A DNA stretch of 44,855 bases from an uncultured Peptococcaceae bacterium (GCA_964425485.1 CAYRML010000002.1:1-44855), one strand, 5' to 3'; counted from the stretch's first letter, positions 1 through 9,272 are shown. Made by a program: numbers and translations. Notes: generated by a model from the letters alone, not told the origin.

Positions 1-261
1 ACGGGTTAGGGCGGCGGTAGCTTTGGCCACGGTATTGGGTATATCATGCAGTTTGAGGTCGATAAAAACCTGGCCGCCCAGCGCCCGAATCTCCTGCACG
101 ATAGCAGGCCCTTGGCTATAAAAAAGCTGCATACCGATCTTAAAGGCGCCCACCTGATCCCCTAACAGCCCGGCCATCTCCAGGGCCTGGCGGCGATCAG
201 GCAGATCCAGGGCCACTATTAACTTTTTTTTTGCCTCAGCCACAGAAATCGAATTTTCCAT
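1..261 (-). CDS. pyrF: Orotidine 5'-phosphate decarboxylase, first 87 codons (gene runs off the left edge)
   Basis: Absent from the ORF track because it is open at the window edge. The reverse complement of 1-261 reads MENSISVAEAKKKLIVALDLPDRRQALEMAGLLGDQVGAFKIGMQLFYSQGPAIVQEIRALGGQVFIDLKLHDIPNTVAKATAALTR. This carries the OMP-decarboxylase signatures LIVALD, KIG..LF..GP and DLKLHDIPNTV. The ATG at 259-261 is preceded by GGAGGAG. Confidence 0.8.
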   Translation of the reverse strand, partial: MENSISVAEAKKKLIVALDLPDRRQALEMAGLLGDQVGAFKIGMQLFYSQGPAIVQEIRALGGQVFIDLKLHDIPNTVAKATAALTR

Positions 262-485
262 AAGCTCCTCCTCAGACGGCAAGCGGTATGTGCACATAAA
301 AAACCCCACTTTGCCGTAATAGCCGAAGGTTTTGAACCTGCCATATGCAGGTGGGTACCCTCTCTCTTGCTTTCCGAGTCCACTGAAAAAAACGAGGCAG
401 GCGGGCCACAAGAGAAGTTAAGTTCCCCTAAAAAAGGTGTTGGGTCAAAACGTATCGGCATATTTACAAACATCGCAGGGTGTAC
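262..485 (-). promoter_or_regulatory. Roughly 225-nt structured 5' leader of pyrF; possible attenuator (class unassigned)
   Basis: Lies between a good sigma-70-like promoter (492-520) and the pyrF RBS. Contains a hairpin ACCTGC-N5-GCAGGT (336-352), a purine motif GCAAGAGAGAGGGU (minus strand, 353-370) loosely like the PyrR-binding core UCCAGAGAGG, a GTGGGG+U6 tract (298-309) and a 12-bp palindrome TATGTGCACATA (287-298). No canonical strong terminator stem is visible. Confidence 0.3.
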
Positions 486-491
486 GCTAAT

Positions 492-520
492 ATTATAGCC
501 GGAATTTGACACAAAATCAA
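492..520 (-). promoter_or_regulatory. Sigma-70-type promoter for the pyrF leader
   Basis: Minus strand reads TTGATT (520-515), a 17-nt spacer, then TATAAT (497-492). Confidence 0.5.
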
Positions 521-544
521 CAAAACCAAACCGCCAAAATCTGT

Positions 545-570
545 CAAAAAAAGCACCTTGCCCTGCTTTT
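545..570 (-). terminator. Weak intrinsic terminator after aspS
   Basis: Minus strand reads AAAGCA-GGGCAAGG-TGCTTT followed by TTTTT. The stem is only 6 bp. Confidence 0.35.
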
Positions 571-584
571 ACTGTCGATAGCTG

Positions 585-2384
585 CTATTTTTTCACTTGC
601 GGCGGCGTATCGATTTTGATATGCAGCTCCCGCAATTGTTTAGTGGCCACCGGCCCCGGCGCCTCGGTCATCAGGCAAGAGGCGCTCTGTGTTTTGGGGA
701 AGGCAATGACATCACGGATGCTTTCGCGATTGGCCAGCAACATAATCATGCGATCCAGGCCAAAAGCGATGCCGCCATGAGGCGGAGTGCCATATTCGAA
801 AGCGTTCAAAAGATAGCCGAATTTAGCCTGCACATCCTCCTCAGCCAGGCCCAAGAGCGCAAACATGCGCCTCTGCACTTCAGCATTATGGATACGGATG
901 CTGCCGCCGCCCAGTTCGGTTCCATTCAAGACCAGGTCATAGGCTTTGGCGCGCACCTGGCCGGGATCGCTTTCCAAAATCGGCAAATCTTCATCCTTGG
1001 GCGCGGTAAATGGATGATGCACCGCCACCCAACGCTTTTCTTCATCATCATATTCCAAGAGCGGGAAATCTGTGACCCATAACAAATTCAGCTCGCTGGG
1101 GTCAATAAGATTTTCCCGGCGGGCGATCTCCAGGCGCAGATGGCCCAAACCTTCGGCCACGATGCGCCAGTCGGAAGCGATAAACATCAAGAGGTCGCCG
1201 GCTTGGGCATCCATGCGGGCACAAATCTGTTGCAGTTGTTCTTCCGTAAAAAATTTAGTGATGGGCGATTTCAGCCCGCCTTCCTCCACCATGATCCAGG
1301 CCAGGCCCTTAGCCCCATAAATGCCAACATAGGCGGTCAGATCATCCAGATCCTTACGCGAATATTTGGCGCCGCAGCCCTTGGCATTGATGCCACGCAC
1401 CCAGCCGCCGGCCTGCGCCACGGAGGCAAAAACCTTAAAGTCGCTGGCAGCAGCGATATCAGCGATATCGATCAATTCCATACCAAAGCGCAGATCCGGC
1501 TTGTCGGAACCGAAGCGGCCCATAGCCTCATCATAGCTGAGCCTGGGGAAAGGGATATTCACATTCCTGCTCACAGCATTGGCAAAAACATATTTGATCA
1601 GTCTTTCTGTGATGGCCTGCACATCATCGACATCCACGAAGGACATCTCCATATCCAATTGCGTAAATTCCGGCTGACGGTCGGCCCGCAAATCCTCATC
1701 ACGGAAGCAGCGGGCAATCTGGAAATATCTATCCATGCCGGCCACCATCAGCATCTGTTTAAAGAGCTGGGGAGATTGGGGCAAAGCAAAAAATTCGCCG
1801 GCATGCACACGCGAAGGCACCAAATAGTCACGCGCGCCTTCCGGGGTGCTGGAGGTGAGGATGGGCGTTTCGATTTCCAAAAAGCCCTCACTGTCCAGAT
1901 AACGGCGCATGGCAGCGGCGGTATCATGGCGCATTTGCAGACAGCGCTGCATTTCGGGGCGGCGCAGATCTAAATAGCGGTATTTAAGCCGCACCAGCTC
2001 GTCCACATCCACATCATCCTCGATATAGAAAGGCGGCGTCTTAGCCTTATTAAGTATGCGCAGATCGGAGGCATAAATCTCTATCTCGCCGGTGGCCAAG
2101 TTAGGATTGACGGTACCTTGGGGCCGGACAGAAACCTTGCCGCAGATAGCAATCACATATTCGGAGCGCACGGCTTCGGCTTTGGCAAAAACGCCGGGGC
2201 AAATTTCCGGGCTGAAAACCACCTGCACCAAGCCGGAACGGTCGCGCAGATCGACGAAAATCAAGCCGCCGTGATCGCGCCGCCGCTGCACCCAGCCCAT
2301 CAAAGTCACTTCCCTGCCCTCATGCGAGGCATTAAGGATGCCGCAATAACAACTTCTTTTCATACCAGTCATAGATTCAATCAA
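585..2384 (-). CDS. aspS: Aspartate--tRNA ligase
   Basis: 599-aa ORF with a typical class II AspRS N-terminus (MKRSCYCG...GWVQRRRDHGGLIFVDLRDRSG) and the FQIARCFRDEDLRADRQPEFTQLD motif. The TTG at 2384 has GGCGGTGA 6 nt upstream; ATG alternatives exist at 2372 and 2363. Confidence 0.95.
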   Translation of the reverse strand: MIESMTGMKRSCYCGILNASHEGREVTLMGWVQRRRDHGGLIFVDLRDRSGLVQVVFSPEICPGVFAKAEAVRSEYVIAICGKVSVRPQGTVNPNLATGEIEIYASDLRILNKAKTPPFYIEDDVDVDELVRLKYRYLDLRRPEMQRCLQMRHDTAAAMRRYLDSEGFLEIETPILTSSTPEGARDYLVPSRVHAGEFFALPQSPQLFKQMLMVAGMDRYFQIARCFRDEDLRADRQPEFTQLDMEMSFVDVDDVQAITERLIKYVFANAVSRNVNIPFPRLSYDEAMGRFGSDKPDLRFGMELIDIADIAAASDFKVFASVAQAGGWVRGINAKGCGAKYSRKDLDDLTAYVGIYGAKGLAWIMVEEGGLKSPITKFFTEEQLQQICARMDAQAGDLLMFIASDWRIVAEGLGHLRLEIARRENLIDPSELNLLWVTDFPLLEYDDEEKRWVAVHHPFTAPKDEDLPILESDPGQVRAKAYDLVLNGTELGGGSIRIHNAEVQRRMFALLGLAEEDVQAKFGYLLNAFEYGTPPHGGIAFGLDRMIMLLANRESIRDVIAFPKTQSASCLMTEAPGPVATKQLRELHIKIDTPPQVKK

Positions 2385-2391
2385 AGTAATG

Positions 2392-3660
2392 TCACCGCCT
2401 TAGATTTTTTATATATTTTTCCACTTCTGCCGCAGGCAGCAGTTGTTGTTCGCTATTTTCCATATTACGGATAAGCACGGCCTTTTGCGCCAGCTCTTCC
2501 TCGCCGATGATGATGACTTGCGGCGCGCCGGCTTTATCGGCCAGCTTAAACTGAGCCTTCATGCTCCTGCCCAGCAGATCCTGCTCCACCTTCAGCCCAG
2601 CCCGGCGCAGCTGTGTCACCAGGGCGAAAGCGGCGTTGGCCACATCTTCGTTACCGGGGCTGACCACTACAAAAGCATCGAGAGAAGCGGGCACCTGCAC
2701 ATCATCGCCTTGCGCGGCCAGCGCCGAGAAGATGCGCTCCATACCCAAAGCGAAGCCGACGCCGGGGGTGGGCTCTCCGCCCAATTCCTCAATCAGACCA
2801 TCATAGCGGCCACCACCGCAGATGGCACTTTGGGCGCCGATATTATCGACCAGAATCTCAAAAGCCGTCTTGGTATAATAGTCTAGGCCTCTCACCAGGC
2901 GCTTGTCCAATGTATAGGGGATATTTGCCGCCTCCAGGGCCTGGCGCACGGCAGCGAAATGCTCGGCGCAATCCGGGCATAAATTATCATAGATAGTCGG
3001 CGCATCCTGAGAAAGTTGCTGGCAGACAGGGCTTTTGCAGTCCATGATGCGCAAAGGATTACGCTGGAAGCGCTCCTTGCAGGAATTGCAAAGCTGATCG
3101 TATTTGCCGCCCAAAAACTCCTGCAATAGCTGGCGATGCTTACGGCGACAATCGGGGCAGCCAACGCTGTTGATATGCAGCACCATATTGCGGATAGCAA
3201 GTCGGCTATAGAATTCCCAGGCCAAGGCAATGACCTCGGCATCAGCCCAAGGAGAAGAGGAGCCGAAGACCTCGACACCAAACTGATGGAATTGGCGAAA
3301 GCGTCCGGCCTGCGGCCGCTCATAGCGGAACATGGGTCCCATATAATAGAGCTTGACGGGCTGGGAGAGAGCAAAGAGCTTATTTTCCAGATAGGCTCTG
3401 GCGGCCGAGGCCGTATTTTCCGGCCGCAGCGTCAAAGAACGCTCACCCTGATCGGTGAAAGTATACATTTCTTTCTGCACTATATCCGTGGTGCCGCCTA
3501 CGCCGCGGCAAAAGAGCTCGGTCTCCTCGAAAATGGGCGTACGCAGCTCCTGATAGCCGAATTGGGCGCAAATATCGCGCAGCATAGCTTCGATATATTG
3601 CCATTTGGCCGTATCGGCCGGCAAAAAGTCATTAGTGCCTCTCGGCCTTTTAATAGTCAT
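2392..3660 (-). CDS. hisS: Histidine--tRNA ligase
   Basis: ORF matches HisRS (RPRGTNDFLP, LRPENTASAARAY, GGGRYDGL). I chose the ATG at 3660 (MTIKRPRGT...) because AAGGAGG lies 7 nt upstream. The track ORF extends 12 codons further. Confidence 0.95.
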   Translation of the reverse strand: MTIKRPRGTNDFLPADTAKWQYIEAMLRDICAQFGYQELRTPIFEETELFCRGVGGTTDIVQKEMYTFTDQGERSLTLRPENTASAARAYLENKLFALSQPVKLYYMGPMFRYERPQAGRFRQFHQFGVEVFGSSSPWADAEVIALAWEFYSRLAIRNMVLHINSVGCPDCRRKHRQLLQEFLGGKYDQLCNSCKERFQRNPLRIMDCKSPVCQQLSQDAPTIYDNLCPDCAEHFAAVRQALEAANIPYTLDKRLVRGLDYYTKTAFEILVDNIGAQSAICGGGRYDGLIEELGGEPTPGVGFALGMERIFSALAAQGDDVQVPASLDAFVVVSPGNEDVANAAFALVTQLRRAGLKVEQDLLGRSMKAQFKLADKAGAPQVIIIGEEELAQKAVLIRNMENSEQQLLPAAEVEKYIKNLRR

Positions 3661-3675
3661 GGACAAGCCTCCTTG

Positions 3676-3917
3676 AAATAAAAATTCGTCCCCCAAAACA
3701 AGGGACGAATCGCTCGTGGTGCCACCCTATTTGGGGCAAAGAAAGCGCCCCGCTCATTCCTATAACGGCAGGTAACCGGGTATTTTTTGCGAATACCGGC
3801 TCCGGGGTGTCGCTTTTTTGAGATGATGACGCACGGCTCTCAGTCACGGCCGCGGCTCCCTGTAGTCATAGCGAATTCCCAAAAAAAATCCCTTCATAGC
3901 CTTTGACATATTCATAT
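3676..3917 (-). promoter_or_regulatory. T-box riboswitch leader of the hisS-aspS operon
   Basis: Minus strand carries the T-box sequence AAAUAGGGUGGCACCACGAG (core at 3715-3727). This overlaps the 5' arm of a terminator, AUUCGUCCC-N8-GGGGACGAAU plus UUUUUAUUU (3676-3712). An F-box-like CCGUUA and an AGAGA-type motif lie upstream. The specifier is not confidently assignable by eye: candidates are UCAUCAUC at 3822-3829 and CAC at 3807-3809. Confidence 0.85.
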
Positions 3918-3924
3918 GGATTAT

Positions 3925-3953
3925 ATTATAAAAAATTTGGCCGCTTTTGTCAA
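3925..3953 (-). promoter_or_regulatory. Consensus sigma-70 promoter driving the His T-box leader
   Basis: Minus strand reads TTGACA (3953-3948), a 17-nt spacer, then TATAAT (3930-3925). The -35 element overlaps the stop codon of the upstream MBL gene. Confidence 0.6.
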
Positions 3954-4591
3954 ATGGCTTTGACAAAAGGATTGCCTTTTTTCTCCTCGCCGATAGTCGT
4001 CTCGGGCCCATGCCCGGGATAAGCGATAACGGCATCGGGCAAAACGAAGAGCCGCTTGCTGATGGATTCCAGGATCAGATCCATATCGCCACCGGGCAAA
4101 TCCGTGCGACCGATGGAATGATCAAAGAGAGTATCGCCGCAAAGCAGAATCTGCTGCTGGGGCAGATAGAAAGAAACGCCGCCGGGCGTATGTCCGGGCG
4201 TATGGATGACCTGCATACTGAGCCGACCCAGCTTGATCTCGTCGCCATCTGCCAGCGGCTTTTGGCAGATGCCGCCGTCACCGTCGCTGCCCAGCCAGGC
4301 GGCCATAGAAAGCCCGGCATCGCTGAGATAGTCCAAGTCGGCCTCATGGATAAAGATGGGGATAGAGAATTGATCCTGCAAATATTTGTTGGCACCGATA
4401 TGATCCCAGTGTCCATGCGTGTTTAATATCATGGTCGGCTGCCAGCCGGCCTCTTTTATTTTGGCGGCGATGCGCTTACCGTCGGCGCCGGGATCAACGA
4501 TAGCCAGCTGCTCAGTATCCTTGCAGACTACAAAATAGCAATTGGTATCGATGGCCCCCACTGTTATTTTATCGATATAAAGCTCAGACAT
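3950..4591 (-). CDS. MBL-fold metallo-hydrolase (glyoxalase II-like), copy 1
   Basis: Contains the THGHWDH metal motif, HTPGHTPG, GDTLF and PGHG. ATG at 4591 (MSELYIDK...) has GGAGG 8 nt upstream. Confidence 0.85.
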   Translation of the reverse strand: MSELYIDKITVGAIDTNCYFVVCKDTEQLAIVDPGADGKRIAAKIKEAGWQPTMILNTHGHWDHIGANKYLQDQFSIPIFIHEADLDYLSDAGLSMAAWLGSDGDGGICQKPLADGDEIKLGRLSMQVIHTPGHTPGGVSFYLPQQQILLCGDTLFDHSIGRTDLPGGDMDLILESISKRLFVLPDAVIAYPGHGPETTIGEEKKGNPFVKAI

Positions 4592-4626
4592 AATAAACCT
4601 CCGTAACTGATTTATGGCCACCGCGC

Positions 4627-5406
4627 TTATGCTTTGGCTTCTTTGGCATAGGGATTATACTTCTTCTCATAGCCGATGGTGGTTTTGGCCCCATGACCGG
4701 GATAAACCACGGTCTGATCGGACAACGGAAACAATTTCTCTTTAATGGACTTAATCAGTAGCTGGCAGTCGGCATTAGGCAAATCCTCTTTAGTAGTGGG
4801 CCCGATCAGCCTGGGCCTGATCCCGAACATGGTGATTTGCTCCGTTTTCGGGATCTCTACGCAGCCGATACAGCAATCATAAAGGGTATCGCCGCTAAAG
4901 AGCAGATGATGCTGGGGCAGATAAAAAGCCACGCTGCCAGGGGAATGGCCCGGTATATGGATGACTTGGATATCAATATCACCCAGCTTTAGAGTTTCGC
5001 TGCCCAGCAGCGGTTTTTTGCAAACTCCACCGTCACAGGAGCCGTCACTGCTCATCCAATCGGCCATCGAGAGGTGTTTGTCGGCAAGACAAGGCAGATC
5101 GGCCTCATGGATAAAGATGGGGATATCAAAGGCTTCCTGCAAAAATTTGTTGTCGCCGATATGATCCCAGTGTCCATGCGTATTGAGGATCATGGTCGGT
5201 TTCCAGCCGGCCAGCTCCATTTTGGCCACGATCTGATGGCCGCAAGCGCCGGGGTCAACGATGGCTACCTCTTGAGTCTTACCGCAGACGATATAATAGC
5301 AGTTGGTCTCAAAAACACCAACACTTTTCTTCTCAAAATGAAAATCCGTCATATTCAATCTGCCCTCTAAATTACTAGCCGTATTCATGATATTATATCC
5401 TGCCAT
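4627..5406 (-). CDS. MBL-fold metallo-hydrolase, copy 2 (paralogue with internal insertion)
   Basis: Has the same THGHWDH, HIPGHSPG, GDTLY and PGHG motifs as copy 1. ATG at 5406 is preceded by AGGAGG plus 6 nt. A segment of about 21 aa, CIGCVEIPKTEQITMFGIRPR, interrupts the region that aligns to SIGRTDLPGGD in copy 1. Confidence 0.85.
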   Translation of the reverse strand: MAGYNIMNTASNLEGRLNMTDFHFEKKSVGVFETNCYYIVCGKTQEVAIVDPGACGHQIVAKMELAGWKPTMILNTHGHWDHIGDNKFLQEAFDIPIFIHEADLPCLADKHLSMADWMSSDGSCDGGVCKKPLLGSETLKLGDIDIQVIHIPGHSPGSVAFYLPQHHLLFSGDTLYDCCIGCVEIPKTEQITMFGIRPRLIGPTTKEDLPNADCQLLIKSIKEKLFPLSDQTVVYPGHGAKTTIGYEKKYNPYAKEAKA

Positions 5407-5466
5407 AATCCGCCTCCTAAAACTTTATTTTATCACAAATGATAACTTTTATTTATTGAGCAAAAG

Positions 5467-5907
5467 TTATTTGCTGTCGATAAGAATAGTCACCGGCCCG
5501 TCGCCAGCCATATTGACCTGCATATCAGCGCCAAAGACGCCGGTTTGCACAGGTACTCCTTCGACTGCCAACAGCTGCGCAAAGCAGAGGTATAGCTCCT
5601 TTGCCTCCTCAGCCGGCGCTGCCTGGTCAAAGCTGGGACGCAGGCCGCGGCTGCAATCGGCATAAAGAGTAAATTGGGAGACCACCAAAGCGCTGCCGCC
5701 GACATCCAAAAGACTGCGGTCAAAATGGCCGCTCTCATTGGCAAAGATGCGCATTTTAGCGATCTTCTTGGCCAGATAAGCGGCATCTTGGCGGCTGTCG
5801 CCTTTGGCCACGCCCAACAAAATCAACAGTCCCGGGCCGATTTGGCCGCTAATCTCACCTGCCACCAACACGCTGCCGGCAGTCACTCTTTGCAACACAG
5901 CTCTCAT
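5467..5907 (-). CDS. dtd: D-aminoacyl-tRNA deacylase
   Basis: 146 aa with MRAVLQRV...VVSQFTL...G.RPSF, typical of Dtd. Sits in the conserved position immediately downstream of rel. Confidence 0.95.
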   Translation of the reverse strand: MRAVLQRVTAGSVLVAGEISGQIGPGLLILLGVAKGDSRQDAAYLAKKIAKMRIFANESGHFDRSLLDVGGSALVVSQFTLYADCSRGLRPSFDQAAPAEEAKELYLCFAQLLAVEGVPVQTGVFGADMQVNMAGDGPVTILIDSK

Positions 5908-5921
5908 ATTTATCTCCCCGC

Positions 5922-8150
5922 TTATTTTTTACTTTGAGAAATCATGCGCTTGACCTCGATTACGTCCTTGACACGCTTGATGCGGTTCATTATATATTCC
6001 AGATGGTCCAGCGTCTTGACCTCCAGCTTGATGAAGAAGGTCGCGATCTTGCTCTTTTTATCCACACCGACATGCATGCCGTTGACAGCGGTCTTGGTAT
6101 CGGCCATCACGGCCATAATGTCCATAGCCAGGCGTTCCCTGTCCATGGCTATGACTTCTATGCTTACCTGATAAGCGCCGCCGGGACTGCCACCCCAGGT
6201 AACTTCGATCAGGCGGTCGGGCTCCGTCTGTTGATAATGAGCGATATTGAGGCAGTCGGTGCGGTGGATGGAAACGCCGCGCCCCCGCGTAACATAGCCG
6301 ATGATCTCATCACCGGGCAAAGGCCGGCAGCAATGAGCCAGCCTGACGGCAATATCACTGACACCCTTGACGCGGATACCGGAGGAGCCGGACCTATCTT
6401 CCTCAAATTCCTTGATGGTGGGCTGGGCCAGCTGCTCTTTATCATGGCGAAAATCCTCTTTGATGCGCGTGAGCAGGGTCATGGGCTGCAAAGCACCGTC
6501 ACCCACTGCGGCCAGGATATCATCCACGCTGGTATAGCTGGATTTGCCTCCTGCTTCCAGCAGTTTTTCCGGCTTCAGGATCTCGGCCGGATCATGGCCG
6601 TATTTTTTACATTCTTTTTCCAGCATCTCCCGCCCCAGGATGATGTTTTCATCCCGTTTTTCCTTGCGGAACCACTGACGAATCTTATTTTTGGCCTGCT
6701 GGGTCTTGACCAGCTTCAGCCAGTCGCGGCTGGGGCCGCGTCCCTTGGCCGTCAGAATCTCCACTATATCGCCGTTTTGCAGCTTATGATCCAGCGGCAC
6801 CAGCCGGCGGTTGACTTTGGCGCCCATGCATTGATGACCGACCTGGGTGTGGATGCGATAGGCAAAATCGATAGGACCGGCGCCGGCCGGCAGCTCATAG
6901 ACTGCACCTTTGGGCGTGAAGACATAGATATTCTTGGCAAAGAGATCCACTTTGACGGATTCCACAAATTCATTGGCGTCACGCAGCTCATTCTGCCATT
7001 CCATCATCTGCCGCAGCCAGCCGATCTTCTTCTCGAAATCAGCGTCGCCGCTCTTGCCTTCTTTATAACGCCAATGGGCCGCGATACCGTATTCAGCCGT
7101 GCGGTGCATCTCCCAGGTGCGAATCTGCACCTCAAAGGGGTCACCGCCCTCACCGATGACGGTGGTGTGGATGGATTGATACATATTCTGCTTGGGCATG
7201 GCGATATAGTCTTTAAAGCGGCCCGGTATAGGCTTCCACAAGGTGTGGATGACGCCCAAAGAGCCGTAACAGTCATTGACGGTATCCACGATGACGCGGA
7301 TGGCCGTCAGATCGAAAATTTCCGTAATATCTTTTTGCTGCCTTTGCATCTTGCTATAAACGCTGTAGATGCTTTTGGCCCGGCCATAGACCTCGGCCTT
7401 GATGCCGGCCTCCTGCAAATGCCCGCGGATGATGTCACAGGTCTCCTCGATATATTTACCGCGTTCCTGCTGCTGCTCCAGCATTTTGCGTTCCAGCTCA
7501 TTATATTCATAGGGTTCTAAAATCTGAAAAGCCAGCGTCTCCAGCTCGCTTTTGATCTCGAACATGCCCAAACGATGGGCCAGCGGCGCAAAAATGGTCA
7601 TGGTCTCTTCGGAGATCTCTTGTTGGCGCAGCAGAGAATGATGGAAGCGCAGCGTGCGCATATTATGCAAGCGGTCAGCCAACTTGATGAGGATGATGCG
7701 GATATCGCTGGCCATAGCCAAAAACATCTTGCGCAGATTTTCATCATGATTCTGCTGGCGGGAAAGATTCTCTAGTTTGCCCAGCTTGGTCACACCGTCG
7801 ACCAGGATGGCGATATCATCGCCGAATTCCTGCCGCAGCTGCTCCAGCGTAGAATCGGTATCCTCCACCACATCATGGAGGATGCAGGTGATAATGCTGG
7901 CATCATCCAGCTGCAAATCGGCCAAAATCTCCGCCACGGCCAAAGGATGCATGATATAATGCTCGCCGGAATCCCGCGTCTGGCCCCGGTGGGCATGGCA
8001 AGCCAAAGCATAGGCCCGCCTGATGGCGTCCGTGTCGCTGGTGGGATTATAGCTTTCGATCTTGGCAATAATGCTGGCAAACAGCTCATCGGCCAGATGA
8101 TCGGTAGTCACCACATTATCGGCATTGCTATCGGAGTTCACGGCATGCAT
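5922..8150 (-). CDS. relA: Bifunctional (p)ppGpp synthetase/hydrolase Rel/SpoT homologue
   Basis: Contains an HD hydrolase domain ([23 protein letters not shown]...HDVVEDT), a synthetase domain ([12 protein letters not shown]...YQSIHT...EVQIRT) and TGS and ACT regions. ATG at 8150 (MHAVNS...) has AGGTGA upstream; the track ORF is 24 codons longer. Confidence 0.95.
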   Translation of the reverse strand: MHAVNSDSNADNVVTTDHLADELFASIIAKIESYNPTSDTDAIRRAYALACHAHRGQTRDSGEHYIMHPLAVAEILADLQLDDASIITCILHDVVEDTDSTLEQLRQEFGDDIAILVDGVTKLGKLENLSRQQNHDENLRKMFLAMASDIRIILIKLADRLHNMRTLRFHHSLLRQQEISEETMTIFAPLAHRLGMFEIKSELETLAFQILEPYEYNELERKMLEQQQERGKYIEETCDIIRGHLQEAGIKAEVYGRAKSIYSVYSKMQRQQKDITEIFDLTAIRVIVDTVNDCYGSLGVIHTLWKPIPGRFKDYIAMPKQNMYQSIHTTVIGEGGDPFEVQIRTWEMHRTAEYGIAAHWRYKEGKSGDADFEKKIGWLRQMMEWQNELRDANEFVESVKVDLFAKNIYVFTPKGAVYELPAGAGPIDFAYRIHTQVGHQCMGAKVNRRLVPLDHKLQNGDIVEILTAKGRGPSRDWLKLVKTQQAKNKIRQWFRKEKRDENIILGREMLEKECKKYGHDPAEILKPEKLLEAGGKSSYTSVDDILAAVGDGALQPMTLLTRIKEDFRHDKEQLAQPTIKEFEEDRSGSSGIRVKGVSDIAVRLAHCCRPLPGDEIIGYVTRGRGVSIHRTDCLNIAHYQQTEPDRLIEVTWGGSPGGAYQVSIEVIAMDRERLAMDIMAVMADTKTAVNGMHVGVDKKSKIATFFIKLEVKTLDHLEYIMNRIKRVKDVIEVKRMISQSKK

Positions 8151-8198
8151 AAAATCACCTGTAATTATCGCAGATTTCTTAAATATCATCATATCATA

Positions 8199-8237
8199 AA
8201 AACAAAACAGAGGAAAGAACAAAATGTCCTTTCCCCT
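8199..8237 (-). terminator. Imperfect hairpin plus U-rich tract after codY
   Basis: Minus strand reads GGGGAAAGGA-N8-TCTTTCCTC followed by TGTTTTGTTTTT. Confidence 0.45.
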
Positions 8238-8252
8238 GCTTTAATCTGATTT

Positions 8253-9044
8253 TTAGATGCGGCGATGCGCGGATTGAGTCCTTTCCAATTCTTCCAGCAA
8301 GTAGTCATTGAGGATGCGGATATAGGTGCCCTTCATACCCAAAGAGCGCACCTCGATCACGCCGGCGCTTTCCAGCTTGCGCAAGGCGTTGACGATGACG
8401 GAACGGGTGATGCCCACCTTGTCGGCAATTTTGGAGGCCACCAAGAGCCCATTAGAATCACCCAGCTCATTAAAAATATGCTCGACAGCTTCCAGCTCGG
8501 AATAGGAGAGAGTATCGAAAGCAATGCTGACCACAGCCCGCTGGCGGGAGATATCCTCCACCTTTTCCACCTTGGCCCGCAGAATCTCCATGCCGATGAC
8601 CGTGGCGCCATATTCGGCCAGAATCAGATCGCCATAATCGAATTCGCCGGTTTTAGAAAGCACGAGAGTGCCCAAACGCTGACCACCGCCTACGATAGGA
8701 ACGATGGTACTGTATTTATTCTGTAAAAAGCAAGCATTATGCACACCAAAAACACAAAATCCATCGCCGTTCATGTTAACTTTTGTCTCCGCGACACGCA
8801 AAAGATCGTCGTTATGCTTGTCCGGAAAATGGGAGTCCAGCTTGACAATATCTTCCATGGTAGGACAATAGAAATTTTCCATAAAGGCATATCCCAAAAC
8901 CTTTCCCTTGCGCCCGACGATGTAGATGTTGGTGTTGATGGTTTTACATAACTTTTCGGCCATTTCCGCAAAACTGATGGGATGGCCGGCCGCCTTTTGG
9001 ATGATCTTGTTAAGCTCCCTGGTCTTTTCCAATAAATTCTTCAC
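8253..9044 (-). CDS. codY: GTP-sensing pleiotropic transcriptional repressor CodY
   Basis: The C-terminal wHTH is diagnostic: [48 protein letters not shown]-like N-terminal domain is present. GTG at 9044 is preferred because GAAGGAG lies 7 nt upstream; the ATG at 9068 has no RBS. Confidence 0.9.
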   Translation of the reverse strand: MKNLLEKTRELNKIIQKAAGHPISFAEMAEKLCKTINTNIYIVGRKGKVLGYAFMENFYCPTMEDIVKLDSHFPDKHNDDLLRVAETKVNMNGDGFCVFGVHNACFLQNKYSTIVPIVGGGQRLGTLVLSKTGEFDYGDLILAEYGATVIGMEILRAKVEKVEDISRQRAVVSIAFDTLSYSELEAVEHIFNELGDSNGLLVASKIADKVGITRSVIVNALRKLESAGVIEVRSLGMKGTYIRILNDYLLEELERTQSAHRRI

Positions 9045-9204
9045 AAAATATCGCTCCTTCAAAAACATGTACTATTGTGTACTATATTAAGACTATTCTA
9101 AATATAATATTCAACATCAAATGACAAAATCCTTTAAAGATAAAAATTATTATAAGTATTGTCAATAAATGATGCCCATATTGTAGAAAATTGTCGGATG
9201 AATA

Positions 9205-9250
9205 CTCAAGAAAAGACCGCTCACGCGCAAATGTGCCAAGGAGCGGTCTT
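9205..9250 (-). terminator. Intrinsic terminator after ftsZ
   Basis: Perfect 10-bp stem AAGACCGCTC/GAGCGGTCTT (9241-9250 and 9213-9222) with an 18-nt loop, followed by TTCTT on the minus strand. Confidence 0.55.
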
Positions 9251-9272
9251 ATGTGCTTATTAGACCCTAAAT

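Noticed and set aside
262-491. 6S RNA downstream of aspS
   Set aside because: From memory, I believe a 6S RNA gene lies near the aspS locus in Bacillus subtilis. However, this segment has no long closing stem pairing its 5' and 3' ends and no central-bubble architecture, and it runs directly into the pyrF RBS. A leader is more plausible.
219-512. 97-aa minus-strand ORF from the track
   Set aside because: It overlaps the pyrF start and RBS and runs through the structured leader. It has no RBS and its composition looks non-coding. pyrF (open at the window edge) and the leader explain the region better.
3650-4035. Two small minus-strand ORFs (65 and 63 aa) upstream of hisS
   Set aside because: They lie within the T-box leader, its terminator and its promoter. 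They have no RBS, and the RNA element explains the sequence conservation features.
9069-9272. CodY box or autoregulatory site and TAGTAC-N4-TAGTAC direct repeat upstream of codY
   Set aside because: The best candidate, AATTTTCTACAATAT, matches only about 11 of 15 positions of AATTTTCWGAAAATT in an AT-rich spacer, where such matches are expected by chance. The short GTACTAT repeat has no known meaning.
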